This document shows positions 7,583-16,297 of a DNA stretch of 32,000 bases, piece by piece. Location: positions 630,001 through 662,000 of the forward strand of contig NC_000962.3 in assembly GCF_000195955.2 (NCBI RefSeq). The letters run 5' to 3'. The position numbers were made by a program, and so were the translations under genes. The stretch's first letter is position 1. Every line of letters starts with the position of its first letter. The stretch is from Mycobacterium tuberculosis H37Rv (GTDB lineage: Bacteria; Actinomycetota; Actinomycetes; Mycobacteriales; Mycobacteriaceae). The notes below the pieces were generated by a model that ran no database searches, was not told the DNA's origin, and saw only the letters and a list, made by a program, of their open reading frames with translations.

Positions 7583-7969
7583 TCACGCCCGGGTGTCTGT
7601 ACGCAGCGGGTGACCCTCGGGAACCTCGACGAATATCAGTGTGATCCCGTCTGGGTCGGTCACATGCATCTCGTGCAGGCCCCACGGTTCGCGGCGGGGC
7701 TCGCGAGCGATCGACACGCCTCGGCTGACCAGCTCGGTCTGGGTAGCCTCGAGGTCGCGCACCTGCAGCCACAGCGCGCCGGGAAAAGGTCCCCGCGAAT
7801 GGTCCGGCTCGCCGTAACCGGCCAGTTCGAGCAGTGACTGACCGGCGAAAAACACTGTGCCGGCCCCGTATTCACGGGCAATCGCCAGCCCGATCTGGTC
7901 ACGGTAGAAGCTCAGCGACCGCTGATAGTCCGCCGGCCGAAGTAGCATCCGGCTGGCCAGGATTTCCAT
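7583..7969 (-). CDS. Glyoxalase/bleomycin-resistance/dioxygenase (VOC) superfamily protein (Rv0546c-like)
   Basis: 128 codons from ATG 7969 within ORF 7583-8170. The upstream 67 codons are Arg/Pro/Ala-rich and look non-coding. Confidence 0.8.
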   Translation of the reverse strand: MEILASRMLLRPADYQRSLSFYRDQIGLAIAREYGAGTVFFAGQSLLELAGYGEPDHSRGPFPGALWLQVRDLEATQTELVSRGVSIAREPRREPWGLHEMHVTDPDGITLIFVEVPEGHPLRTDTRA

Positions 7970-8031
7970 GGCCCTGTGTCTATCACGTAGCGGCACGCCG
8001 GCGGCCGAGGGTCGGCAGGCCGGGACCCGGT

Positions 8032-8916
8032 TCAAGGGTTGAGCTGTTCGTTGCGGCGCTGCATGAGTGCATTGACCCAGCGGGGACCGATGCTGTCCAG
8101 CGCGTTGACGGCGACGGCAACCCGAGGCGCGATCCGCACCGGTCGGGTGCGGGCGGCGGTGACCATCCACTCGGCGGCTTCCGCGGCGGTCAGCGCCGGC
8201 AGCCCGTCGTAGGCCTTCGTCGGCGCAATCATCGGAGTTGCCACCAGCGGGTAGTACAGCGTCGTCGAATGCACGCCCTGACTACCCCACTCGGTTTCGA
8301 TGATCCGGCTCACCGCCGACAGTGCGGCCTTCGATGCGTTGTACACCGAGAACAGCGGCGAAGCCTCCGACAACACGCCCCAGGTGGCGACATTGATGAT
8401 ATGGCCGTCGCCACGCTCGAGCATCCCGGGTGCAAGCCCGCGGATAAGCCGCAGCGGGGCATAGTAGTTGAGCACCATGGTGCGCTCGACGTCGTGCCAG
8501 CGTTCCAGCGACTCGGCCAGCGGCCGCCGGATCGACCGGCCGGCATTGTTGATCAGGATGTCGATCCCGCCGATGCGCTTTTCGACGTCTTCGACCAGCG
8601 CGTCGATCGCTTCCATGTCCGAGAGGTCGCAGGGGAGCGACATCGCCGTGCCGCCGTCGCCGGTGATCCGGTCCGCCACCGCATCCAGCAGATCCTTACG
8701 GCGCGCGACGGCAACCACGACGGCGCGGTGCAGTCCGAACTGTTTGGTCGCGGCCGCACCGATGCCTGACGACGCGCCGGTGAGCAGGATGCGCTTGCCG
8801 GTGAGGTCGACGGGTTGCATCGCGGGCCGGTTGATCAGCAGTTGCGGCGAAATTGGTGGCCGCATGCCGGCCAATGTGATTTGTTCAGTCAACCAGCGCA
8901 GCGGTCTTTTGCTCAC
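8032..8916 (-). CDS. Short-chain dehydrogenase/reductase (Rv0547c-like)
   Basis: TGASSGIG cofactor motif and catalytic YNASKAAL (YxxxK). 294 codons with a GTG start. Confidence 0.9.
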   Translation of the reverse strand: MSKRPLRWLTEQITLAGMRPPISPQLLINRPAMQPVDLTGKRILLTGASSGIGAAATKQFGLHRAVVVAVARRKDLLDAVADRITGDGGTAMSLPCDLSDMEAIDALVEDVEKRIGGIDILINNAGRSIRRPLAESLERWHDVERTMVLNYYAPLRLIRGLAPGMLERGDGHIINVATWGVLSEASPLFSVYNASKAALSAVSRIIETEWGSQGVHSTTLYYPLVATPMIAPTKAYDGLPALTAAEAAEWMVTAARTRPVRIAPRVAVAVNALDSIGPRWVNALMQRRNEQLNP

Positions 8917-8935
8917 AGCTGGGGAGTCTAGTTTT

Positions 8936-9000
8936 GCCGAGCCTGTAGTTACTGTGGTGTCCCACTCGTCGGGCTTCTGCTCGGCAACTACAGCCTCGGC
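8936..9000 (-). terminator. 15-bp imperfect inverted repeat between the menB stop and the Rv0547c-like SDR gene start
   Basis: GCCGAGCCTGTAGTT (8936-8950) and AACTACAGCCTCGGC (8986-9000) are complementary at 14 of 15 positions with a 35-nt loop. The repeat begins 11 nt after the menB stop. Confidence 0.3.
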
Positions 9001-9011
9001 GAACGGCCGCG

Positions 9012-9956
9012 TTAGAAATAGCGCGGAAACGGGCTCCAGTCGGGGGGACGCTTCTGTAGGAAGGCGTCGCGGCCTTCGACGGCCTCGTCGGTCATGTAGG
9101 CCAGGCGGGTGGCCTCACCGGCAAACAGTTGCTGACCCACCAGCCCGTCGTCGAGCAGGTTGAACGCGAACTTCAGCATCCGTTGCGCCTGAGGCGATTT
9201 CGCGTTGATCTCGGCCGCCCACTGCAGCCCCACTGTCTCCAGCTCGGCGTGTTCGGCCACCGCGTTGACCGCGCCCATCTGGTGCATCTGCTCGGCGGTG
9301 TAGGTGCGGCCTAGGAAGAAGATCTCGCGGGCAAACTTCTGGCCGACCTGACGGGCCAGATATGCGCTGCCGTAACCGCCATCGAAGCTGCCGACGTCGG
9401 CGTCGGTCTGCTTGAAGCGGGCGTACTCGCGGCTGGCCAGGGTGAGATCGCAGACCACGTGCAGGCTGTGTCCCCCGCCGGCCGCCCAGCCATTGACCAG
9501 ACAAATGACCACCTTGGGCATGAACCGGATCAGCCGCTGCACCTCCAGGATGTGCAACCGGCCGGCGCGGGCGACATCAACCGTGTCCGCGGTGTCTCCG
9601 CTGGCGTACTGGTAACCGCTGCGCCCACGAATTCGTTGGTCGCCGCCGGAGCAGAACGCCCAGCCGCCGTCCTTCGGGGACGGCCCGTTGCCGGTCAGCA
9701 GCACCACTCCGACGTCGGGCGACATTCGTGCATGGTCGAGCACCCGGTACAGCTCGTCGACGGTGTGCGGGCGAAATGCGTTGCGCACTTCAGGGCGGTT
9801 GAACGCCACCCGCACCGTGGCATCGTCGACGTGGCGGTGGTAGGTGATGTCGGTCAGATCGTCGAACCCGTCCACGAGCCGCCACGCCTTGGCATCAAAA
9901 GGGTTGTCACTCAAGGCTGTTGAACTCCGTCCTTGTTCGCCGGCTGGAGCCACCAC
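9012..9956 (-). CDS. menB: 1,4-dihydroxy-2-naphthoyl-CoA synthase (crotonase fold)
   Basis: 314 codons containing VAFNRPEVRNAFRP, FCSGGDQ and GWAAGGGHSLHVVCDLTLAS. Confidence 0.95.
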   Translation of the reverse strand: MVAPAGEQGRSSTALSDNPFDAKAWRLVDGFDDLTDITYHRHVDDATVRVAFNRPEVRNAFRPHTVDELYRVLDHARMSPDVGVVLLTGNGPSPKDGGWAFCSGGDQRIRGRSGYQYASGDTADTVDVARAGRLHILEVQRLIRFMPKVVICLVNGWAAGGGHSLHVVCDLTLASREYARFKQTDADVGSFDGGYGSAYLARQVGQKFAREIFFLGRTYTAEQMHQMGAVNAVAEHAELETVGLQWAAEINAKSPQAQRMLKFAFNLLDDGLVGQQLFAGEATRLAYMTDEAVEGRDAFLQKRPPDWSPFPRYF

Positions 9957-10227
9957 GGCGATCTGATCCGTTCACCCATGCCTGCCACAGTAATCATGGC
10001 CGCTGGGCGTCAGCCGGACGGTATGGTGCCCGGGGCCTTGGTCACATGTGGTCGTGAGTTGGCGCCCGGGCGGCTTTCTGTGGAGGGTCACCGCGTACTC
10101 GATCATGGCGCTGCTCGCAGTTCATCACCGAACCGGCACAGTGTCGCTCGGCAATGCGGTCTACTCGTGGGGCATGTTAAGCGCTCAACAGGGCGGCGCG
10201 CCCACCTTTCTCCAAGCCCCGCTGGAC

Positions 10228-10641
10228 TCAGCCGATGGCGTGAGCCGAGGGCCAGGCGCGTGCCAATCTTTCGTCGGTGGTCAACAACACCAGACCTGCC
10301 GTTTCGGCCAGCTCGACGTAGAGGGCATCGGTCAGGCGGAGGGTGTCGCGGCGCGACCACGCTCCAGCAAGCAGCGACGAAAGACCGTGTCGAGTCACCG
10401 GCACCTGTCGCAACTCCTCCAGTGCCGCATCGACATAGGCAACGGTGAGTGCGCCGGCGCGCTGCATGCGCCCCAGCGCCGACAACACCTCTGCATCGAA
10501 GTGCGCCGGCGCGTGCATCGCGGTCCGAGCCAGCCGCGCGCGCACCGCAGAGCACCGATCGCTAGTGCGAGCCAGTAGATCCACCATGGCACTCGCGTCG
10601 ACGACCACCTGCTCCGGCGGCGAAGTGGGCGATGCTCTCAC
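10228..10641 (-). CDS. vapC3: PIN-domain ribonuclease toxin
   Basis: 137 codons. The GTG start overlaps the antitoxin TGA (GTGA at 10638-10641). PIN acidic residues lie in VVDASAMVDLL and LLTTDERL. Confidence 0.9.
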   Translation of the reverse strand: MRASPTSPPEQVVVDASAMVDLLARTSDRCSAVRARLARTAMHAPAHFDAEVLSALGRMQRAGALTVAYVDAALEELRQVPVTRHGLSSLLAGAWSRRDTLRLTDALYVELAETAGLVLLTTDERLARAWPSAHAIG

Positions 10642-10904
10642 GCTTCGAACTCATCGCGAGCGGCATCGATCGCACCCAGCACGTCATCATGCCGAGCGCC
10701 GGTGCTTCTGGGTTCCAACCCCTCAAGCCACGCATCGGTTGCGGAGTTCTCCAACTCGGCACTGATCGCGGCCTGAGTCAGCGCCGAGACGTTCAAGCCC
10801 CGCGCCCTGGCGCGCTCCGCCAATTCGTCGGGCACATACACGTTCAACCGAGCCATACACACCAATGTACACACAACGATCGTTTTCGTGCGCCGGCTCA
10901 ACAA
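10638..10904 (-). CDS. vapB3: Ribbon-helix-helix antitoxin
   Basis: The maximal ORF is 88 codons from TTG 10904. The RHH core ARLNVYVPDELAERARARGLNVSALTQAAI begins at internal ATG 10856, which I consider the likelier start (see finding). Confidence 0.85.
   Translation of the reverse strand: MLSRRTKTIVVCTLVCMARLNVYVPDELAERARARGLNVSALTQAAISAELENSATDAWLEGLEPRSTGARHDDVLGAIDAARDEFEA
10864..10884 (-). promoter_or_regulatory. Candidate vapB3 leaderless promoter (-10 TACATT) with adjacent AACGATCGTT palindrome (possible VapB operator)
   Basis: The minus strand reads AACGATCGTTgtgtgTACATTggtgtgtATG. The hexamer spans 10869-10864 and is followed by 7 nt before ATG 10856. The perfect 10-bp palindrome spans 10875-10884. 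Confidence 0.4.
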
Positions 10905-11095
10905 GGCCTTCGGCGGGTTCTTTCGCCCGCCGCAGACCGCGAAACCCGCTGTGAAGGTGGGTTATCCCGAGCATCGCCGGCATATCTGCACGGCATCGGC
11001 GGCGTCAAGTGCGCCGGCATCGCCAGGCCGAAGGCCGGGGTGAAGACTAATCCAGATCAGATGCGAGGGACCAGACTTCATGCAACGGCCAAGCC

Positions 11096-12811
11096 CTAGC
11101 CGACCGCGCGCCCAGCGCCTTCCCAGAACCGTGCGCGCACGGCCTTCTTGTCCGGCTTTCCTAGACCGGTCAACGGCAAAGAGTCGACGACCACCACCCG
11201 CTTGGGTGCCTGCACCGATCCCTTGCGTTGTTTGACCGCTGCCTGGATCTCGGCGGTCATGGCCTCGATCGCGGGCTCATCGCGGGCCGCGTTGGAGCGC
11301 AACACCACCACCGCGGTGACGGCCTCGCCCCACTTCTCATCCGGCGCGCCAACCACGCACACCTGAGCAACCGCCGGATGCTCGGCCACCACGTCCTCGA
11401 CCTCCCGGGGGAACACGTTGAAGCCGCCGGTGACGATCATGTCCTTGACGCGGTCGACGATGTAGTAGAAGCCATCGGAGTCCTCGCGGGCCAGGTCGCC
11501 GGTGTGCAGCCAGCCGTCTTTAAAAGTCCGCGACGTCTCGTCTGGCAGATTCCAGTAACCGCCCGCCAACAGCGGTCCGCTGACACAGATTTCGCCGACT
11601 TCGCCCTGCTTCACCGGCTTGCCATGCTCGTCTAACAGCGCGACGCGGGCGAACAGCGTCGGCCGCCCACATGAGGTCAGCCGCTTCTCGTCGTGATCGC
11701 CCTTGGCCAGATAGGTGATCACCATGGGCGCCTCGGATTGCCCGTAGTACTGGGCGAAGATTGGGCCGAACCGCCGGATCGCCTCGGCTAGTCGCACCGG
11801 GTTGATCGCCGAGGCGCCGTAGTAGACGGTTTCCAGCGACGACAGGTCCCGGGTGTGCGAATCCGGGTGGTCCAGCAGCGCGTACAGCATCGATGGCACC
11901 AACATGGTCGCTGTAATGCGTTGCTCCTCAATGATTCTGAGTACCTCGGCCGGGTCGAACTTCGCCAGCACTATCATCTCGCCGCCCTTGATCACCGTCG
12001 GCGTGAAAAACGCCGCGCCGGCGTGCGACAGCGGGGTGCACATTAAGAACCGCGGGTTGGCCGGCCACTCCCATTCGGCGAGCTGGATCGAGGTCATGGT
12101 GGCGATCGACTGCGCGGTGCCTATCACGCCCTTAGGCTTGCCGGTGGTGCCGCCGGTGTAAGTCAGGCCGATAACTTGGTCGGGTGGCAGGTCGGCGGCG
12201 ACCAGCGGCTGCGGCTGGTATTTGGCGGCCTCGGCGGATAGGTCGACTGCCACATGCTTGAGCGCATCGGGCACCGGCCCAATGGTGAGGATTTGCTGCA
12301 GCGAGTCCACCTGCTCCAGCAGAGCCAGTGCGCGCTCGACGAACATCGGGTTGGGGTCGATGATCAGTGAGCTGATGCCGGCGTCGTTCAGCACGTAGGC
12401 GTGATCGGCCAGCGAGCCCAACGGGTGCAGCGCGGTGCGCCGATAACCGCGGGCCTGCCCGGCGCCGATGATCATCAAAACTTCAGGACGGTTGAGCGAC
12501 AGCAGACCGACCGCCACCCCGGTGCCGGCACCTAGCGCCTCGAATGCCTGGATGTACTGGCTGATACGGTCCGCCAGCTGGCCACCGGTCAGCCTGGTGT
12601 CGCCGAGGAACAGCACCGGCTTGTTCTGGTGGCGCTTGAGCGCTCCCACTAGCAGATGGCCGTTGTGGGTCGGGCTGCGCAACAGCTCGCCCGAACAATC
12701 CTGGTCACGCATGGCGCCGCTCTCCCTCGCTAGCTGGGGTACCCCCACCGCATCGCTTCGTCCCCCGCAAGCGGGTGGTACCCCCACTGCATCGTCGCCG
12801 GCGGTGCTCAT
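11096..12811 (-). CDS. fadD8: Fatty-acid-CoA ligase / acyl-CoA synthetase
   Basis: 571-codon ORF with the AMP-binding motifs YTGGTTGKPKG and GWLHTGDLA. The start is either ATG 12811 or ATG 12712 (see finding). Confidence 0.9.
   Translation of the reverse strand: MSTAGDDAVGVPPACGGRSDAVGVPQLARESGAMRDQDCSGELLRSPTHNGHLLVGALKRHQNKPVLFLGDTRLTGGQLADRISQYIQAFEALGAGTGVAVGLLSLNRPEVLMIIGAGQARGYRRTALHPLGSLADHAYVLNDAGISSLIIDPNPMFVERALALLEQVDSLQQILTIGPVPDALKHVAVDLSAEAAKYQPQPLVAADLPPDQVIGLTYTGGTTGKPKGVIGTAQSIATMTSIQLAEWEWPANPRFLMCTPLSHAGAAFFTPTVIKGGEMIVLAKFDPAEVLRIIEEQRITATMLVPSMLYALLDHPDSHTRDLSSLETVYYGASAINPVRLAEAIRRFGPIFAQYYGQSEAPMVITYLAKGDHDEKRLTSCGRPTLFARVALLDEHGKPVKQGEVGEICVSGPLLAGGYWNLPDETSRTFKDGWLHTGDLAREDSDGFYYIVDRVKDMIVTGGFNVFPREVEDVVAEHPAVAQVCVVGAPDEKWGEAVTAVVVLRSNAARDEPAIEAMTAEIQAAVKQRKGSVQAPKRVVVVDSLPLTGLGKPDKKAVRARFWEGAGRAVG
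12738..12794. repeat. 18-bp direct repeat GGTACCCCCAC(C/T)GCATCG, two copies 39 bp apart
   Basis: Copies at 12738-12755 and 12777-12794 match at 17 of 18 positions. They lie in the first 25 codons of the long fadD8 model, where they encode DAVGVP twice. Confidence 0.9.
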
Positions 12812-12888
12812 CTGGCAAGACTAGAACGTGTTGCAATTTGGATCTGCCGTGCCCTCGTAATCTCGAAGGATCACTACGCTTGGAGCCC

Positions 12889-14493
12889 ATGGCCGATGCA
12901 GACCTCGTCATGACCGGAACCGTGCTCACCGTCGACGATGCGCGGCCAACGGCCGAGGCGATCGCGGTCGCCGACGGCCGGGTCATTGCCGTCGGTGACC
13001 GGTCCGAGGTTGCCGGCCTGGTTGGCGCCAACACCCGGGTCATCGATCTGGGTGCCGGGTGCGTCATGCCAGGATTTGTTGAGGCACACGGCCATCCGCT
13101 ACTGGAGGCGGTCGTGCTGTCGGACCGGTTCGTCGATATCCGTCCGGTGACGATGCGGGACGCGGACGACGTCGTTGCCGCGATCCGCGGCGAGGTTGCA
13201 CGGCGCGGCCCGGCCGGCGCCTATCTGGTCGGCTGGGATCCGCTGCTGCAGTCCGGTCTTGGCGAGCCGACGCTGACCTGGCTCGACAGCCTCGCGCCGA
13301 ACGGGCCGCTGGTGATCATCCACAACTCCGGACACAAGGCTTACTTCAACTCGCACGCCGCCTGGCTCAATGGGCTCACCCGAGACACCGCGGATCCCAA
13401 GGGCGCGAAGTATGGCCGCGACGGCAATGGCGAACTCGACGGCACCGCCGAGGAAATCGGCGCGATTCTTCCGCTTTTGGCCGGTGTAGCCGACCCCAGC
13501 AACTTCGGTGCCATGCTGCGCGCCGAGTGTGCTCGGCTCAACCGTGCCGGCCTGACCACATGCTCGGAGATGGCTTTTGACCCAGGGTATCGGCCGATGG
13601 TCGAGGCGGTGCGCGCCGAACTGACGGTCCGGCTGTGCACCTACGAGATCTCCAATGCGCGGATGTGCACCGATGCGACGCCTGGGCAAGGTGACGACAT
13701 GCTGCGCCAGGTGGGCATCAAGATCTGGGTGGACGGCTCGCCGTGGGTCGGCAATATCGATCTGACCTTTCCCTACCTGGACACCCCCGCCACCCGTGCC
13801 ATCGGTGTACCGCCCGGTTCCCGCGGGTGCGCCAATTACACCCGTGAACAGTTGGCCGAAATCGTCGGGGCCTACTTTCCGCGGGGCTGGCAGATCGCCT
13901 GTCACGTGCACGGCGACGGCGGTGTGGACACCATCCTCGACGTCTACGAAGAGGCACTGCGCCGCAATCCTCGAGACGATCACCGGCTGCGGCTCGAACA
14001 CGTCGGGGCCATCCGGCCCGACCAACTGCGGCGCGCCGCCGAACTCGGTGTCACCTGCAGCATCTTCGTCGACCAGATCCATTACTGGGGCGATGTGATC
14101 GTCGATGACCTGTTCGGGGCACAGCGCGGGTCCCGGTGGATGCCGGCTGGATCCGCGGTGGCCGCCGGCATGCGTATCTCGCTGCACAACGACCCGCCCG
14201 TCACACCGGAGGAGCCACTGCGCAACATCAGCGTGGCCGCAACCCGGGTGGCGCCCAGTGGCCGGGTGCTGGCACCGGAGGAGCGCCTGACGGTCGAGCA
14301 GGCGATTCGCGCGCAGACCATCGATGCCGCCTGGCAACTGTTCGCTGAGGACGCGATCGGCTCGCTTCAGGTCGGCAAGTACGCGGATATGGTGGTGCTG
14401 TCGGCGGATCCCCGGACGGTGCCGCCAGAGCAGATCGCCGACCTGGCGGTGCGGGCGACGTTTCTGGCCGGTCGCCAGGTTTATCGGCGGTGA
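12889..14493 (+). CDS. Metal-dependent amidohydrolase, amidohydrolase_3/YtcJ-like (Rv0552-like)
   Basis: 534 codons from ATG 12889, with GGAG at 12882-12885. Contains EAHGHP and ACHVHGDGG metal-ligand motifs. Confidence 0.9.
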   Translation: MADADLVMTGTVLTVDDARPTAEAIAVADGRVIAVGDRSEVAGLVGANTRVIDLGAGCVMPGFVEAHGHPLLEAVVLSDRFVDIRPVTMRDADDVVAAIRGEVARRGPAGAYLVGWDPLLQSGLGEPTLTWLDSLAPNGPLVIIHNSGHKAYFNSHAAWLNGLTRDTADPKGAKYGRDGNGELDGTAEEIGAILPLLAGVADPSNFGAMLRAECARLNRAGLTTCSEMAFDPGYRPMVEAVRAELTVRLCTYEISNARMCTDATPGQGDDMLRQVGIKIWVDGSPWVGNIDLTFPYLDTPATRAIGVPPGSRGCANYTREQLAEIVGAYFPRGWQIACHVHGDGGVDTILDVYEEALRRNPRDDHRLRLEHVGAIRPDQLRRAAELGVTCSIFVDQIHYWGDVIVDDLFGAQRGSRWMPAGSAVAAGMRISLHNDPPVTPEEPLRNISVAATRVAPSGRVLAPEERLTVEQAIRAQTIDAAWQLFAEDAIGSLQVGKYADMVVLSADPRTVPPEQIADLAVRATFLAGRQVYRR

Positions 14494-15470
14494 TACCCGT
14501 GCTGCCCCCCCTAGAAGCCCTGCTGGACCGCCTGTATGTGGTGGCCCTGCCGATGCGAGTGCGTTTCCGCGGCATCACCACCCGTGAAGTGGCCTTGATC
14601 GAGGGTCCGGCCGGTTGGGGCGAATTCGGTGCGTTCGTGGAGTACCAGTCCGCGCAGGCGTGCGCGTGGTTGGCGTCGGCGATCGAGACCGCCTACTGTG
14701 CGCCGCCGCCGGTGCGACGTGACCGCGTTCCGATTAACGCCACTGTGCCGGCCGTTGCCGCCGCCCAGGTGGGCGAGGTGCTGGCCCGGTTTCCTGGGGC
14801 CCGGACGGCCAAGGTGAAGGTCGCCGAGCCTGGGCAGAGCTTGGCCGACGACATCGAGCGTGTCAACGCGGTTCGGGAGCTGGTTCCCATGGTGCGGGTG
14901 GACGCCAACGGTGGCTGGGGTGTCGCCGAGGCGGTGGCCGCGGCGGCCGCCCTGACCGCCGACGGCCCGCTGGAATACCTTGAACAACCCTGTGCCACCG
15001 TCGCCGAACTCGCCGAGTTGCGCCGGCGGGTGGATGTGCCGATCGCCGCCGACGAAAGCATCCGCAAGGCCGAGGATCCGTTGGCCGTTGTCCGCGCTCA
15101 GGCCGCCGATATCGCGGTGCTGAAGGTCGCCCCGCTGGGCGGTATTTCGGCGCTGCTTGATATCGCGGCGCGGATCGCCGTTCCGGTGGTGGTCTCCAGC
15201 GCGCTCGATTCCGCCGTCGGAATCGCCGCCGGCCTGACCGCCGCCGCGGCCCTGCCGGAGCTCGACCACGCGTGCGGGCTGGGCACCGGCGGGCTGTTTG
15301 AAGAGGACGTGGCCGAGCCCGCAGCACCCGTCGACGGCTTTCTGGCAGTTGCGCGGACAACGCCCGACCCGGCGCGGTTGCAAGCCCTGGGTGCACCGCC
15401 GCAGCGGCGACAGTGGTGGATCGACCGGGTCAAGGCCTGCTACTCGTTGCTTGTACCGTCTTTCGGGTGA
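14490..15470 (+). CDS. menC: o-Succinylbenzoate synthase (enolase superfamily)
   Basis: GTG 14490 overlaps the upstream TGA (GTGA). Contains KVKV, VDANGGW, LEQP and AADES metal/acid-base motifs. 326 codons. Confidence 0.9.
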   Translation: MIPVLPPLEALLDRLYVVALPMRVRFRGITTREVALIEGPAGWGEFGAFVEYQSAQACAWLASAIETAYCAPPPVRRDRVPINATVPAVAAAQVGEVLARFPGARTAKVKVAEPGQSLADDIERVNAVRELVPMVRVDANGGWGVAEAVAAAAALTADGPLEYLEQPCATVAELAELRRRVDVPIAADESIRKAEDPLAVVRAQAADIAVLKVAPLGGISALLDIAARIAVPVVVSSALDSAVGIAAGLTAAAALPELDHACGLGTGGLFEEDVAEPAAPVDGFLAVARTTPDPARLQALGAPPQRRQWWIDRVKACYSLLVPSFG

Positions 15471-16255
15471 TCAACCTGGCCTACGACGACAACGGGACCG
15501 GTGACCCGGTGGTCTTTATCGCCGGCCGCGGCGGCGCCGGACGCACCTGGCACCCACATCAAGTCCCGGCCTTTCTGGCGGCTGGATATCGGTGCATCAC
15601 GTTCGACAATCGGGGCATCGGCGCCACCGAAAACGCCGAAGGCTTCACCACGCAAACCATGGTCGCCGACACCGCGGCGCTGATCGAAACCCTAGACATC
15701 GCCCCGGCGCGCGTTGTCGGGGTGTCGATGGGGGCATTCATCGCGCAGGAACTCATGGTGGTCGCACCCGAGCTGGTCAGCTCGGCGGTGCTGATGGCCA
15801 CTCGCGGCCGCCTGGACCGCGCCCGCCAGTTCTTTAACAAAGCCGAGGCCGAACTCTATGACTCGGGTGTCCAGCTGCCACCCACATACGACGCGAGGGC
15901 TCGCTTACTGGAGAACTTCTCCCGAAAGACGCTCAACGATGACGTGGCCGTTGGCGACTGGATCGCGATGTTTTCCATGTGGCCGATTAAGTCCACCCCC
16001 GGACTGCGCTGTCAGCTAGATTGCGCTCCGCAGACCAACCGGCTGCCCGCCTACCGCAACATCGCCGCGCCGGTGCTGGTGATTGGTTTCGCCGACGACG
16101 TGGTGACGCCGCCCTACCTGGGTCGGGAGGTCGCCGACGCCCTGCCGAACGGCCGTTACCTGCAGATACCTGACGCCGGTCATCTCGGGTTCTTCGAGCG
16201 GCCGGAAGCCGTCAACACCGCGATGCTGAAGTTCTTCGCCAGTGTCAAGGCCTGA
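15467..16255 (+). CDS. bpoC: Alpha/beta-hydrolase (annotated peroxidase BpoC; MenH-like position in the operon)
   Basis: GTG 15467 overlaps the menC TGA (GTGA). Nucleophile elbow GVSMGAF and C-terminal DAGHLGF. 262 codons. Confidence 0.85.
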   Translation: MINLAYDDNGTGDPVVFIAGRGGAGRTWHPHQVPAFLAAGYRCITFDNRGIGATENAEGFTTQTMVADTAALIETLDIAPARVVGVSMGAFIAQELMVVAPELVSSAVLMATRGRLDRARQFFNKAEAELYDSGVQLPPTYDARARLLENFSRKTLNDDVAVGDWIAMFSMWPIKSTPGLRCQLDCAPQTNRLPAYRNIAAPVLVIGFADDVVTPPYLGREVADALPNGRYLQIPDAGHLGFFERPEAVNTAMLKFFASVKA

Positions 16256-16297
16256 GCGCGGCCCGGCCATACGGTCCGGCTGTGACACTCTGTACTG

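Noticed and set aside
9957-10227. 271-bp gap upstream of menB inspected for a small ORF, ncRNA, MIRU-type repeat or riboswitch
   Set aside because: I found only weak elements: the imperfect palindrome GTTAAGCGCTCAAC at 10176-10189, and a 5-bp GC hairpin GGGCG-gcg-CGCCC at 10191-10203, 24 nt past the vapC3 stop. Nothing resembled a MIRU unit or a known riboswitch core. The gap probably holds just the vapBC terminator and the menB promoter and leader.
13099-14337. 412-codon minus-strand ORF antisense to the amidohydrolase gene, plus similar ORFs at 14511-15383 and 14863-15396 antisense to menC
   Set aside because: They are rich in Arg, Gly, Pro and Asp, have no recognisable domains, and sit opposite genes with clear catalytic motifs. 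They are a typical high-GC stop-codon-depletion artefact.
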